Assembly: GCA_046757165.1 (NCBI GenBank)
Contig: JBHHXT010000005.1
Coordinates: 1,396 to 65,395, forward strand
From: a bacterium
GTDB taxonomy: Bacteria > Zhuqueibacterota > Zhuqueibacteria > Oceanimicrobiales > Oceanimicrobiaceae
Direction of reading: 5' to 3'
Length of the DNA stretch: 64,000 nucleotides
Shown: one piece after another, positions 50,358 to 61,018 of the stretch
Layout: every line of letters begins with the position of its first letter
How positions within the stretch are numbered: the first letter of the stretch is position 1
The notes under the pieces: generated by a model
Databases searched by the model: none
What the model was told of the DNA's origin: nothing
The model's input: the letters and a program-made list of their open reading frames with translations, nothing else
Made by a program: the position numbers and the translations under genes

Positions 50358-52034
50358 TCAAAATGAATAGCTAATCTCAATATCGACAAGCGTATTTTGA
50401 GAATCCCCGCTGTTGTCCTTCTGGCTGCGGTCGTCATCCATGTTGGCGAGTACATTGAGCTGCCAGTGTTTCGACAACGGCCAGGTCAGAAACAGCAGCA
50501 ATGAGTTTGTGTTTCTATCGGAATACAAATTGAACTGGTTGATATTTCCAGTCGGCGTGTCGGGATAGCGCCGCAGCAAAAAAGACTCCCGCAGGCTAAA
50601 AAGAATGCCATTGATTTCAAAAAAATCGACGGTGACGACCGGGCCGTACTCACGGTAGTTCTCAAAAGAAACGCTCACAACCGAGGCGACATCGACGGCG
50701 GTCAGGCGGGCGGCGGCCGGAAACGGCTCGTGTGTTTGCCGGCCATAGTGAACCCCGACGCCCACTTTCCAGTTGTCCGCGATTTTCAGATAGACCTCTG
50801 GCTCGATCTCCCAGTAGAAATCATCCGGAAGGCTGTTGACGGTGTGAAATTGATATTCGCGTTTGATGAAAGAACCCTCGAGCTTCATCCCCATTTTGGG
50901 ACCGAAACCGATCTCCATTTCCCCAAGAAAGTAATTCTCCCAAAAATCCTGAAAGAAATGATCCACCGGCACGTTCTGATAATCACGCACGCGAAACTCG
51001 TTCTCGAGCGAATAATTGAACCAGCGACCGAGTGACTGCGACCAGCTCGCTTCCAACCGGTGCTCGCGGTAGTTGTTGATGTCGAACTCCGGGTGATTGC
51101 GCTGGACATTGCGATATCCCAGACTGAACAGAGAGCGGGCGCCGGGACTGACCCTGGCAAACCCACCGAGGGTGTTGTTGAAGTAGTTCGGGTAGGAGCT
51201 GTCGATTCTGGCGTAGCGGCGCAGCAAGAACTCCTCTTGCAACTCGATGGATAAGGGACCGAAGGAGTGGTTAAAAGACAGATAACTCTGATTTTGAATG
51301 TACTTGAGATCAAAATCCCGGTAGACGGCAGTGCCTTCGAAGCGATTCTCCACTTTCAGACGGGAGCGTGACGACAGATCGCCTGCATACCGCAAGGTTG
51401 CCTCGCCCAGAAGATAGTCGCGGCTGTACTTGAAAAATGTCATGCCTTGCAAGACATTGCGCCGTCCGGTTGCGTAATCGAAGTTGAGCCGGAGACCGGT
51501 GAATGGATTCCCTTCTCCTTCCAGGAAAGTACTGTCCGCCTCGAACACGGTGAAGTTGAATCTTTGCCGCCACAGGTCGATGCCGGTTATGATCTCCTTT
51601 CTCCATTGAAATCGCGCTGCACCGCTGGAGGCCGTCATCTCCTCATCCTTTGACGCGGCTTCTGAAAAACCATCGAGGGGGTCCAATGTATCTGTTTCCG
51701 ACAAGAGCAGGTCCCAGATCGCTTCCATCCACAGATTAGCCGCGTAATAATCGCCGGCTTTGGCAAAATTATCCGCTTCTTTCAGCAGGCGAACGATCTC
51801 TCTCTTCAAAAGTGGATCGGTCAACGTCTCCTTGTTGCCTTTCACATATCGTCGAAGCCTGATCAGGTTGATGCGGTAGTCGGTCTCTTCGCTCCACAGA
51901 TCCTCAGAAACCGTATCAACGCGGGCAGCGGTGCCGACCAGGCTCACATCCTGACCCAAAAGCAGGTCACCAGTTACAAACAATCCGCTCAGAAGGAGGA
52001 AGCAACAATTGACCTGTCCAGTCTTCAAATCCAC
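50358..52034 (-). CDS. Outer-membrane beta-barrel protein (function unknown)
   Basis: 558 aa with signal peptide. Alternating amphipathic beta strands. C-terminal ...IEISYSF with terminal Phe (OMP sorting signal). Confidence 0.6.
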   Translation of the reverse strand: MDLKTGQVNCCFLLLSGLFVTGDLLLGQDVSLVGTAARVDTVSEDLWSEETDYRINLIRLRRYVKGNKETLTDPLLKREIVRLLKEADNFAKAGDYYAANLWMEAIWDLLLSETDTLDPLDGFSEAASKDEEMTASSGAARFQWRKEIITGIDLWRQRFNFTVFEADSTFLEGEGNPFTGLRLNFDYATGRRNVLQGMTFFKYSRDYLLGEATLRYAGDLSSRSRLKVENRFEGTAVYRDFDLKYIQNQSYLSFNHSFGPLSIELQEEFLLRRYARIDSSYPNYFNNTLGGFARVSPGARSLFSLGYRNVQRNHPEFDINNYREHRLEASWSQSLGRWFNYSLENEFRVRDYQNVPVDHFFQDFWENYFLGEMEIGFGPKMGMKLEGSFIKREYQFHTVNSLPDDFYWEIEPEVYLKIADNWKVGVGVHYGRQTHEPFPAAARLTAVDVASVVSVSFENYREYGPVVTVDFFEINGILFSLRESFLLRRYPDTPTGNINQFNLYSDRNTNSLLLFLTWPLSKHWQLNVLANMDDDRSQKDNSGDSQNTLVDIEISYSF

Positions 52035-52159
52035 ACCCCAGATCTTAGAGCATTGGAGTGCGGGATTGCTGAGTTTGGGGTTTTGGAAAGTATGGGGCGC
52101 ACAACTTTTCGCCTCGCGTTCAATAACCGGTGTACGCGCTACTACACCATCGGTTCATT

Positions 52160-53431
52160 CTAAACAATCGCAATCTTCTCAAACCTACTTCCAAGAACAG
52201 CCTCCGCCTCGACACGCAACCAATCTTCCAGCACCGAGGCATAAACGGAACGGAAATCTGTGCCGAACTGCAAATCGCCATCCGAGAGTTTTTCCAGACT
52301 CGGGTGTTGACCGAGGAAACCAGCTCTCACCGGTTTCCCAAAAATGAACATCGGCGCAGCCTGGCCGTGGTCGGTGCCGCGACTGCCGTTTTCTGCCACG
52401 CGCCGCCCGAATTCCGAGAAGACCATTCCCAACACACGCTCCCCCTGCCCCAGGTTCTCCAGATCCTTCTGGAACGCGGCGATGCTGTCGCTCAGCATTT
52501 TGAGCAAACGCTGGTGCACCCCCGCCTGGCTGGCATGGGTATCGAATCCGGAAAGCGAGATATAGTAGACGCGCGTGTCCAGGCCACCCGCAATCATGCC
52601 TGCCATCAGCTTCAAACCCTGCGCAAAGGGGTTTTGTGGATAATCCGTGTGGGTTTGGACCTGACGCACGGAGCGGCGAATCCGGTCTGCACTGAGCTGG
52701 GCGTTCACGGCCGTTCGCCGCAGGAAATCGAGCGCGGTCGTTTCCTGCCTTTCCGGGTCTTTGGGGACCTCCAGCCCGGTCGCATGGGAAGCCGCAAACA
52801 GCCGCGTCATGCGGTAGAGCCGCTCCGGGTTGGCCACCGCCACGCCGACACCGTGCTCTGCCCGGAAGGCAGGATTCAACGTCTGCCCCACGCTGACACC
52901 GAGCGTTGGGCTGCACTCGTTCAAATGCGCATTATCGCACGTGTGGTCGAACAGGCGCCCGATCCAACCCGTGGTCTCAAACCCATCCACCACACCGCTT
53001 TGCCAGATCTCCATGGAACGAAAATGTGAGCGGTCCGGGTTTGGATATCCCACTCCCTGGATAATCGCCAGCCTGCCAGTTTCATACAATTCCTTGAAAG
53101 CAGACAAACCCGGATGCACGCCCAACTCTCCGTTCAAATCCAGCACCTCCTCCTTCGCAATCGCAAGGGTAGGACGGAGCTGGTAATAGATATCGTTGCG
53201 GTATGGAATGACGGTGTTCAGGCCATCGTTGCCGCCGCCGAGCTGAATCACCACCAATACACGCTCTTCCGGCACGCCAGGCCTGTAGCGAACTTCAGCC
53301 GCATGAGACGGATTCTGAATTGCAAACAGCGAGCGCGCCAGGAAGGTGGGCACCGTTGCGCTGGCTGCGGCCAGAGTCAGCCCCTGTTTCATGAATTCCC
53401 GCCGGGTGACCAGTTTGACTGTCTCGCTCAT
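52160..53431 (-). CDS. DUF1501 family protein with twin-arginine signal
   Basis: TAT motif TRREFMKQGLTLAAASA. Sulfatase-like DUF1501 core. Confidence 0.75.
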   Translation of the reverse strand: MSETVKLVTRREFMKQGLTLAAASATVPTFLARSLFAIQNPSHAAEVRYRPGVPEERVLVVIQLGGGNDGLNTVIPYRNDIYYQLRPTLAIAKEEVLDLNGELGVHPGLSAFKELYETGRLAIIQGVGYPNPDRSHFRSMEIWQSGVVDGFETTGWIGRLFDHTCDNAHLNECSPTLGVSVGQTLNPAFRAEHGVGVAVANPERLYRMTRLFAASHATGLEVPKDPERQETTALDFLRRTAVNAQLSADRIRRSVRQVQTHTDYPQNPFAQGLKLMAGMIAGGLDTRVYYISLSGFDTHASQAGVHQRLLKMLSDSIAAFQKDLENLGQGERVLGMVFSEFGRRVAENGSRGTDHGQAAPMFIFGKPVRAGFLGQHPSLEKLSDGDLQFGTDFRSVYASVLEDWLRVEAEAVLGSRFEKIAIV

Positions 53432-53566
53432 TCTCCTTCCTCAACTGCCTGCATTCGTAGCTGACAAGCTATTTCCATCATTTTTTTTCAAGAAATGAAA
53501 ATTACTTCCAAAAAGCCAAGATTTCTCGCGAAGACGCAAAGGGATCGCAAAAAAAATCTTTCGATC

Positions 53567-55093
53567 TCACACCAACTGATAAGCAGGCAAGGTCATGATG
53601 TCTCCAATCAAGTACCGCAGCGCCTGTCTCTTATTCGTTCGGCTCATGCTGGACTGATAGTTTGCCAGGATCATGGCCCGCTCTTGCGCCGTCATCTCCT
53701 GAGACAGCAAGATTCTTGCCACGCCGCCCAGGGTCTCGTCAGGAGAGCCCTGGGGGCTGGCCAGCGACTCGGGTTCAAAATCAAGTCGCAAGTGCCCCAT
53801 GCGCATCATCTTCCTGGCGGCCTTATCCCTGCGCGGCCTGGAGACCTTCCCCCTTTCCCGCCTGGCGTTCGGCTCTGAGCGCGGATCGATTTCCGCCGGA
53901 ATCTTCCCCTGGGTGACTATTTGAGCAAACGTAAATCGCGTCAACAGGCGGGAGGTATCGATCCAGGTCCGGCCGCCGGGCCAGCCTTTGACATTGGGGG
54001 GAACGTACGGCACCTGCCCCATCATATCGAGGGCGTGCAGGTAAAAGGTCTCGTTATCTGTGCGCAGGTCAAGGGTCCTGGCCGTTCCGACCACGAGCTG
54101 CACCGGGCTCTTTATCTGCGACCCCATGACCTGCGACGTGTAAAAGTCATCATGAGCAAACATCCTGCGGAGCAATGTTTTAATGTCGTAATCGCTGTTG
54201 CGAAACGCGTCCGCCAGGTCCCGCACCACCGTCCCGGAGACCGGCTCAAACCCGAAGTAACCGAGTATTTTTCGCGTCATGAATTCGGCGCAAGCCGGTT
54301 GGTCAAGAATGATGTTCACAACCTCCTGCCCATCGAAGTCGCCGGTCTGGCCGAGAAAGGTTTTCTGGCCAAAGTCGTGCTGGGCCGTGCGGAATTTGAA
54401 ATTGAACCGGTCATTTGACCAGCCGGTGAAGGCCCGCGCCGCCTCTTTGACATCCTGCTCGTTGTAGTGACCCGGGCCGAGCGAAAAAAGCTCCACCAGC
54501 TCGCGCGCAAAATTCTCGTTTGGCTTGCCTTTGCGGTTTTGATTGTTGTCGAGATAGCGCAGCATGGCCGGGTCCCGGGTGATGCTCAGCAGCAAATCAC
54601 GAAAACTGCCGGTAGCGTGCTCATGAAACAGGTGCAGTTGCTTGAACACAAACAGCGGATGCTTGACCTTCTGCACGCTGGTCGCAAAATGACCGTGCCA
54701 GAAAAAGGTCATTTTCTCGGCCAGCATCTCCGCCGGCGTCCGGGTCGCAATCATGCGATTGACCCACGCGAGTTGGAGTTCACGCATGCGCTTTCGGTTG
54801 CGGCGCTGCAGCTTTTTCCGTTCTGCTTGTGACATCGAGCGGAATTTTTGCGCCGAAAAATTTTCATCTTCCGCCAGCCAATCCGGCATCTCCTGTGGCT
54901 GGTTTTGCAGCTCGAACAGCGCCTCGACACTCCCGTCCCGGCCAACCTTTTCGAAGGCGGCAATTTCGGAGGGTTTGCCGCCAAAGCCGGCGCGGTTTAG
55001 AAGATGTCTGGCCGTCGCCCAGTTCCATTTATCTGCGGTCAATGGCTTCGTCCTCAAACTCTCTTGGTTTACACTGCAAGAGAATAATAGCAT
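53567..55093 (-). CDS. DUF1800 family protein (partner of DUF1501)
   Basis: FWHGHFATS ... NENFARELVELFSLGPGHYNEQDVKEAARAFTGW are signature DUF1800 motifs. Start chosen at MLLFSC so as not to run into the R1 repeat. Confidence 0.7.
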   Translation of the reverse strand: MLLFSCSVNQESLRTKPLTADKWNWATARHLLNRAGFGGKPSEIAAFEKVGRDGSVEALFELQNQPQEMPDWLAEDENFSAQKFRSMSQAERKKLQRRNRKRMRELQLAWVNRMIATRTPAEMLAEKMTFFWHGHFATSVQKVKHPLFVFKQLHLFHEHATGSFRDLLLSITRDPAMLRYLDNNQNRKGKPNENFARELVELFSLGPGHYNEQDVKEAARAFTGWSNDRFNFKFRTAQHDFGQKTFLGQTGDFDGQEVVNIILDQPACAEFMTRKILGYFGFEPVSGTVVRDLADAFRNSDYDIKTLLRRMFAHDDFYTSQVMGSQIKSPVQLVVGTARTLDLRTDNETFYLHALDMMGQVPYVPPNVKGWPGGRTWIDTSRLLTRFTFAQIVTQGKIPAEIDPRSEPNARRERGKVSRPRRDKAARKMMRMGHLRLDFEPESLASPQGSPDETLGGVARILLSQEMTAQERAMILANYQSSMSRTNKRQALRYLIGDIMTLPAYQLV

Positions 55094-55098
55094 CGACA

Positions 55099-55287
55099 AA
55101 GTATTGTCGATAATTTTTTGGGTCAACCGTTTGCTGAAAAAACGGCCATTTTGAGCTTCGCTCGTCATTTGCTGTCATTTGCCCTGCGGGCGTCATTGAG
55201 CAAGCAAGGACCGAATGACGCCGTTGGCAAGTGACGGCGCGAAGCGCTAGATGACTTCTTTCGCAGCGAAGTCTGCGAAAAAAATTA
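55099..55287. repeat. MITE-like repeat family R1, copy B
   Basis: About 90% identical by eye to 18786-18972 in the same orientation. Lies only a few nt upstream of the start chosen for the DUF1800 gene. Confidence 0.85.
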
Positions 55288-55848
55288 GATCTCTTTGAAT
55301 TGCGGCTTGCTTTCTCCAAACTCGAAATCAAAATCATCCAGACCCAGCTCATCATCTGCGCCGGGCAGGTCATCCAGCGGCGTTCCCGGCCGGAATCTAT
55401 CACCTCGATGAAACCGCTTTCGGCCAGGCCAGCTTTCAAGCTCTCTCAACTTCTGACGTTGCGTCTCGGTCAGCAGCTTGTTGATGGCCAGCCGTGTGAG
55501 CACTTGCTTCAAGCGTATGTCCGTCATGAACTGGCCTATTTCTTTGACTTTGGAAGTGACTTCGCCTTCGGTCACATCGGTGGCCTGCATCAGCTCTCGT
55601 AATTCCAGCTCAGCAATCTTTCGGCTGGCTTGCTTTTGGATCGTTTCTATTTCTGCGGACAATCGCAGCTTCCTTATCTTCCCTAACTGCTCTTCCGACA
55701 AATCCAGCTCCTGCGCAAACTGCTCAATTCTGAAGCTGACCTGCCGGCGGAGTTTGAACGGCTGTTGGGCAACCGCATCTGAGCCCAAACCCAGAGAGAA
55801 TGATATGACCATTATCAATGCCAGGAGACTTTTTCTGGTCTTCATCAT
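55285..55848 (-). CDS. Periplasmic Spy/CpxP-family (LTXXQ motif) protein
   Basis: Signal peptide MMKTRKSLLALIMVISFSLG. LTETQRQKL fits the LTxxQ motif. Helical. Confidence 0.6.
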   Translation of the reverse strand: MMKTRKSLLALIMVISFSLGLGSDAVAQQPFKLRRQVSFRIEQFAQELDLSEEQLGKIRKLRLSAEIETIQKQASRKIAELELRELMQATDVTEGEVTSKVKEIGQFMTDIRLKQVLTRLAINKLLTETQRQKLRELESWPGRKRFHRGDRFRPGTPLDDLPGADDELGLDDFDFEFGESKPQFKEI

Positions 55849-56001
55849 GTTCGCTCCGTTTGTTTTGATCGTTTCGCCATCCTTGTTGCGACTGGAGCCA
55901 CCAGCCAACCTCCCGAAGTGTCGAGTCCTTGCGTCCTTCGGGAGGTTTTTGCTGTTGCCCCAATCACTTCGCCAACTTTCGTTCGTCTTGAACCTTTTTC
56001 G

Positions 56002-59000
56002 CTACTTCAGAAGTAGCATGCGCTTCGACATGTCGAAGGTGTCTCCCGCTTCAATCCGGTAAATGTAAATTCCGGATGCCACAGGCCGCCCGAGATCACT
56101 CTTGCCGTCCCAGGTCACGGTATACGTCCCGGCTTGCTGGGGCTTGTTTACCAGGGTTCGGACCTGCTGGCCCAGGAGGTTGAAGATCTTCAACGTCACC
56201 TCGCCACTCTGCGGCAGGTGATACTTGATGGCCGTTGTCGGGTTGAATGGATTGGGATAATTCTGCAGCAAGTCGAACCGCTCAGGCACAGCCGCGCCGT
56301 CCGAATTGACGTTTGTGATATTATCGAAATCCAATTCCATGTCGATGCCGTCTGCATCCTGACCACTACCCACTGCGACCGGAACGGAGTTGGTCTCGTC
56401 GGTGCCACCGAAATGGCCGTTCACGTAACCAGCTCCTGTGGCTTCTATTTTGTATTCGCCCGCCGGCAGACCGATGATGACGTAATTGCCATCCGCATCC
56501 GTCATCGCGTTGACCTGAACGTTGTTGTCGAGAGTTGCCTGAACGAGGATTCCCTCGATCGAGCTGCCATCGGCTTTGGCGAGAATTCTACCACGAATGG
56601 CGTACAACCCGGGCTGTTCGGCTGGATGCAAGCCGAAACTGATGCCGTCGGTCACTTCATTGGCATGGACGAACACCGGGTCAGCATTCTCGAACCGTCG
56701 CGCGTCCTTGAAAAACTCACCGATGAATCCCTCAGCCCAGGCAAAGACAAAGTACTTGCCAGCAGGCAGGTCGGTCAAACGGTAGTGGCCGCGCGGTCCG
56801 GTGAAGGTAATGTGTGGAACGCGGCGTTTCGGCGAAACCGCCACCACGACAGCGCCAAAAAGGGGCGAATCATCCCGGTCCGAGAAAACCCGGCCAGCAA
56901 TAGTTCCCCGCCGGTCGACATGCTGCTCCAGGTAGACGTTGATGCCGGCGGTCAGCTCGGGCGCCGTCACCTCAATGCGTGTGGCGTCCCGGCGACGTCT
57001 GGCATTGTCGTAGAATTCCGGGAAAAAACCTTCCGCGATCACGCGCACAAGATACAGGCCGGTTGGCAACCCACCCACTTTGTAGTGACCCTCTTCGTTG
57101 GTAAAGGTGCGGATGAAGCGCCCGGATTCGGCATGAATCACCTTGACCAGCGCTCGTGGAATGGGGATGGAATCTCCTTCGGTCGCAACCAGACCGGCGA
57201 TGCTGCCACCGTGCTCGAGGGTGAAATCTATGCCTTCGACTTTCGTGCTGTCGCCGACCGGAACGATCTCAGCATCCCCCTTGTTGTTTGCCTCTCTAAA
57301 GAACTCCCGCAGGTATCCATGTGCCCATGCCAGCAGGATGTAATTGCCCGAAGGCACGTTCTCGATGAGATAGCTGCCGAGAGAATCGGTCTCGGCGCGG
57401 AACCCATCATGGGCCAGCGCCAGGTCCCGGTCTGGCCGTTCTTTGAACGCCTGCACAATCGCACCGGCAATCGGCTCGCCGGTTACCTGGTCGAGCACCG
57501 TTCCTGCGATGGAGCTGCGCTTCACCAGGTCGAAGTCGATATCGGTGGTGTGTGAGTCCGGCGCCACGACCACCGGAGTCGCAGAAGCCCGGTTACGGGC
57601 GTCGTCATAAAACTCGGCATTGTATCCGCGCGCGCCCGCTTTCACCAGGTACGTCCCCGGCCGAATCTGCACGATATATTCGCCCCGGTCATTGGTGCGG
57701 GTCTCGCGCACAAAATGACGGTCGACCACTGCGACAGCCGCCAATCTGAACACTTTCACGTGCGCCCCTGCGATCGGCGCGCCGTCTGCCGCGTCGGTCA
57801 CAACACCTGAAATGGCGCTCGCGGTTGCCAGACCAAAATCGATATCCGGGACCGTTTCGGGCTCCACAACCGGCACAAACTGCGCATCTTCGATCTTGCG
57901 GGCATCGTCAAAGAATTCGCCTTTATAGCCAGGCTTGTTCGCACGTACGGCATAGGTTCCGGTTGGCAATGCCTCGACAACATAGGAGCCGTCGTCGTTT
58001 GTCAGCACGTGCCTCGCGAACCGAGGTTTCACGACCAGAAAGGCAACGACATGGACACCGCCCAGCGGCAAGCTGTCGCTGTCCGCGATGACTGTCCCTG
58101 CTATCTTGCCGCCCTCACTCAGGCCGAAATCGATGCCGTCGGCCGTATCGTTCTCCGCCAGATTCAGCGGCGTCGCTTCCAGATAGTTTCTGGTATCATC
58201 ATAAAACTCGCCGATAAACCCTTTCGCCCGTGCGTGGACGACGTACACCCCGGGGATGAGCTCGCCAAGCCGATAATTGCCGTCGGCATCGCTGCGAGTT
58301 CGCCTGATCCATGGAATTCTGCCCAGACGAACCGCTCGTACCACTGCGTCTTCAATGGGCGCGTTGTCGGCATCATTGGTAATGTTGCCTTCAATGGCAG
58401 CGCTTGGCGGGGGACTGACCCAGACCTTGGCAGCCGCCCGCAAACGCAACCCGTCGATCTCCACATGTGCCACCACGTGACCATGGCCCAGCCTGTCGCC
58501 GGCGGTGAAGACGCCCTCGTCGTTCATGTCGCCCAGCCGTTCCGGCCGGACCTGCCAGCGTACGTGCTCGGGCGGCACCGGTTTGCTTTCGTTCTTGTTG
58601 AACAGCACTGCTTCGAACTGCTTGTGGCTCCCGATGGGGATGACCGCGTGGTTGGGGACCACCTCGAGCCTAATCCTTGGCTTCGGCAGCCTGCCGATTC
58701 GAATCACCACCTCTTTGACGATGGTATGGCCGCGCACTCTGATGACGACTTTGATCACAACGACCCCGACATTTCTGCCGGCGATGAAAAAGCCGTCGTC
58801 GGTGACCGTACCCAGAGTATCCGGCTCCACGCTCCAGGTGATTTCCTCGACATCCACAGGCCGGCGCGCATCATTGAGAAGCGAAAACGCAAACACTTCC
58901 AACTGCAGACCTTCACCAGGCTCGACGACCGCCTCTTCCGGTGTCACGAGCACATCGACATCTTGAGCCTGGACCGGGCCAATCACGAATGCGCTCAGTG

Positions 59001-59076
59001 CAACTCCCAACAGAGTTGCCAAACATGTTTTCCATTTGTCCTTCATGGTATTCTCCGTTGCTAATAACAATTTCAC
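56002..59076 (-). CDS. Giant secreted surface protein: Big_2-like domain plus about 9 carboxypeptidase-regulatory-like repeats, with T9SS C-terminal sorting domain
   Basis: 1024 aa with a signal peptide. Repeating units GxVxDxxxGxPIxGAxV...A...GYxxEFYDDA. C-terminus LLQNYPNPFNPTTAIKY...IFNLLGQQVRTLV...GIYIYRI is Por_Secre_tail. Confidence 0.8.
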   Translation of the reverse strand: MKLLLATENTMKDKWKTCLATLLGVALSAFVIGPVQAQDVDVLVTPEEAVVEPGEGLQLEVFAFSLLNDARRPVDVEEITWSVEPDTLGTVTDDGFFIAGRNVGVVVIKVVIRVRGHTIVKEVVIRIGRLPKPRIRLEVVPNHAVIPIGSHKQFEAVLFNKNESKPVPPEHVRWQVRPERLGDMNDEGVFTAGDRLGHGHVVAHVEIDGLRLRAAAKVWVSPPPSAAIEGNITNDADNAPIEDAVVRAVRLGRIPWIRRTRSDADGNYRLGELIPGVYVVHARAKGFIGEFYDDTRNYLEATPLNLAENDTADGIDFGLSEGGKIAGTVIADSDSLPLGGVHVVAFLVVKPRFARHVLTNDDGSYVVEALPTGTYAVRANKPGYKGEFFDDARKIEDAQFVPVVEPETVPDIDFGLATASAISGVVTDAADGAPIAGAHVKVFRLAAVAVVDRHFVRETRTNDRGEYIVQIRPGTYLVKAGARGYNAEFYDDARNRASATPVVVAPDSHTTDIDFDLVKRSSIAGTVLDQVTGEPIAGAIVQAFKERPDRDLALAHDGFRAETDSLGSYLIENVPSGNYILLAWAHGYLREFFREANNKGDAEIVPVGDSTKVEGIDFTLEHGGSIAGLVATEGDSIPIPRALVKVIHAESGRFIRTFTNEEGHYKVGGLPTGLYLVRVIAEGFFPEFYDNARRRRDATRIEVTAPELTAGINVYLEQHVDRRGTIAGRVFSDRDDSPLFGAVVVAVSPKRRVPHITFTGPRGHYRLTDLPAGKYFVFAWAEGFIGEFFKDARRFENADPVFVHANEVTDGISFGLHPAEQPGLYAIRGRILAKADGSSIEGILVQATLDNNVQVNAMTDADGNYVIIGLPAGEYKIEATGAGYVNGHFGGTDETNSVPVAVGSGQDADGIDMELDFDNITNVNSDGAAVPERFDLLQNYPNPFNPTTAIKYHLPQSGEVTLKIFNLLGQQVRTLVNKPQQAGTYTVTWDGKSDLGRPVASGIYIYRIEAGDTFDMSKRMLLLK

Positions 59077-59271
59077 TTGACATTTCCTCGAGAGAAAACT
59101 ACATTAACTCAACATCACGGCCCGGAAAGATCCAAAGTTTGTACCGTTGCCCCGTCTTGTTGGGAACGTTCTCTTGGGCCAATTAAAGAAGGTTTCCGCT
59201 ATGCTGGCGGGGCAGTTTTATATTGCGCCTCTGTCTGTCTTTCCGCTCACCTCCTTTCAAAAGTCTTGCTT

Positions 59272-60792
59272 TCAGTTTCTGGGGACATTTCTGACACTCT
59301 TTCTCAATAACTCAAAGGAGACCTGAATCCCGGTGTTTGCTGCTTTGAAATTGCCTTTTTGCAAAGACTCGTAAGCCATTTTCCGGATTTCTTTGGCGTT
59401 TTGCAAAAGACGCATATTCCAATCTTGCGCGGACTCCAGCACCCTGCTCTCCGAGTCGGAAATCGCAGCGTCCAACTGGCTGAGCCTGAGTTGAACCTGC
59501 TCGCGCGTGGCTGAATCTTTTTCCCTGGCCGTCAGGATTCGCTCAGCCCGTGCCAGAAATCTCTGGGACGCCAGCACGCCTTCCAGCGCCACTCTTTGGA
59601 AGCCGGCGTCTGCCGCTTGCTCGGCTTTGTTGAGAGCAAACTGGGCCATCCTGACCAAAACCTGCGCATCTCGAGAGGCATTGGGTGAAACTTGCGCTCT
59701 TATCTCGGCTAAATCGGAACGGGTGTTTTCAATTTGACGCACGACCCTGTTTTCCATTCGCCGGCCAGTTTTCCCCTGCGCAAACCGCTGCGCCTTTCGG
59801 AGCATGTTTTCTGCCAGGCCAATTTTCCACAGCGCCTCGTTTGAACGGCCTTCCTGAATCGCGGCTTCTGCTTCGCTGATGAACCGGTGCGCCCTCTCAA
59901 TCAAAAGTCTCGCTCTCGGGTTCTGGCTCTGTGCGTTGGCCTCGCGGGCGGTCTCCAACAACTCCCGCACACGGAAAAGAGCCACCTCAGCTTGTTTCAC
60001 CAGTCCCGGAGAGTTGCCGCAAGCCAGGTCCATCGCGCGCAGCAAAAGCAAAATGCTATGGTTGAACAGCCGTTTGGCAACCTCCTTCCTGCCCTGGTGC
60101 CACTTCTCTTCTGCATCTCTGACCGTCTCCAGGGCCTGCTGGTAGATTCTTCGCGCCGCCGGGTTCGGGCATTTCTCAAAAACATCCAGGGCGCGCTCTT
60201 TGAGGGTCTCGAATTTCCTTTTTGCCTCCTGAATCCTGTCCATCTCCGAATCCTGAGAGTCCTGGCATAACTCGATCACCCGCTGCGACAATTCTTTTGC
60301 GACCCGAAAATGTTCAACGGCGCTTTCAATTCTTTTAGCATCGAGATTGTGTTCGGCCTCATCACGGTTTCTCCTGGCTCTTTCCAACACACGAATTGCT
60401 TGCTTACTGTGACAATGCGCCACCAGGTCCTCGGCTCGTCTGAACAGTTCTTCAACCTGGCTGCGCAGTCTTCGTATCGGAACCGCGAGGATGAGTTTCG
60501 CTGCCGCTTCGAGATCTGAGAAGGCCGCATCAATCAAAACCAGTGCCCGACGACACTTCCCTGCCAGCCCCTGCTCGACGGCCCGGTCGCGCTTCTCGTG
60601 CGCCTGGCGAACCAGCTCGAGCGCCCGTTCGCTGTCGAAAGAATGGGCAAGCTCCGCCACACGCTGAAGGTCCCGATCCAATCTCTGAATCTTTCTCTTT
60701 GCGCGCTCACAATCCTGAGCCAGAACGGACTGCGCCGAAAGAAGGTTGACCGCCAAAAGAATCAGTGTGCCTTTACAGATGATGCGAAACAT
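59272..60792 (-). CDS. Secreted all-helical repeat protein, function unknown
   Basis: 506 aa with a signal peptide. Arg/Glu/Ala-rich helical repeats with regularly spaced Cys (DCERAK, AHCHSK, ELCQDS, EKCPN, LACGN). Confidence 0.5.
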   Translation of the reverse strand: MFRIICKGTLILLAVNLLSAQSVLAQDCERAKRKIQRLDRDLQRVAELAHSFDSERALELVRQAHEKRDRAVEQGLAGKCRRALVLIDAAFSDLEAAAKLILAVPIRRLRSQVEELFRRAEDLVAHCHSKQAIRVLERARRNRDEAEHNLDAKRIESAVEHFRVAKELSQRVIELCQDSQDSEMDRIQEAKRKFETLKERALDVFEKCPNPAARRIYQQALETVRDAEEKWHQGRKEVAKRLFNHSILLLLRAMDLACGNSPGLVKQAEVALFRVRELLETAREANAQSQNPRARLLIERAHRFISEAEAAIQEGRSNEALWKIGLAENMLRKAQRFAQGKTGRRMENRVVRQIENTRSDLAEIRAQVSPNASRDAQVLVRMAQFALNKAEQAADAGFQRVALEGVLASQRFLARAERILTAREKDSATREQVQLRLSQLDAAISDSESRVLESAQDWNMRLLQNAKEIRKMAYESLQKGNFKAANTGIQVSFELLRKSVRNVPRN

Positions 60793-60833
60793 AATTTATT
60801 CCTAAATAGCTAACGTTAGCGCCGTAAGTGAAC

Positions 60834-60848
60834 GCAAGGCGTATGCCA
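60834..60848 (-). promoter_or_regulatory. Candidate sigma-54 (-24/-12) promoter
   Basis: Minus strand reads TGGCAT-ACGCC-TTGC (consensus TGGCAC-N5-TTGC), about 45 nt upstream of the 60792 start. Upstream region 60900-61018 carries four GTACR half-sites. Confidence 0.5.
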
Positions 60849-61018
60849 GGCGCATTCAAGCAGGGCGACGAAGACACTCAAGTATTTTATCTTTTACGGC
60901 TTAGCGTGATCGCTTCAGGTTTTCCGGAGATCAGAGCAGGGTGAAGTATTTTCAGAGTGTACGGTTTGGTACGAGCACCGATGTACGTCAGGGTACAGAT
61001 CCATCCAATGAGTCGCGG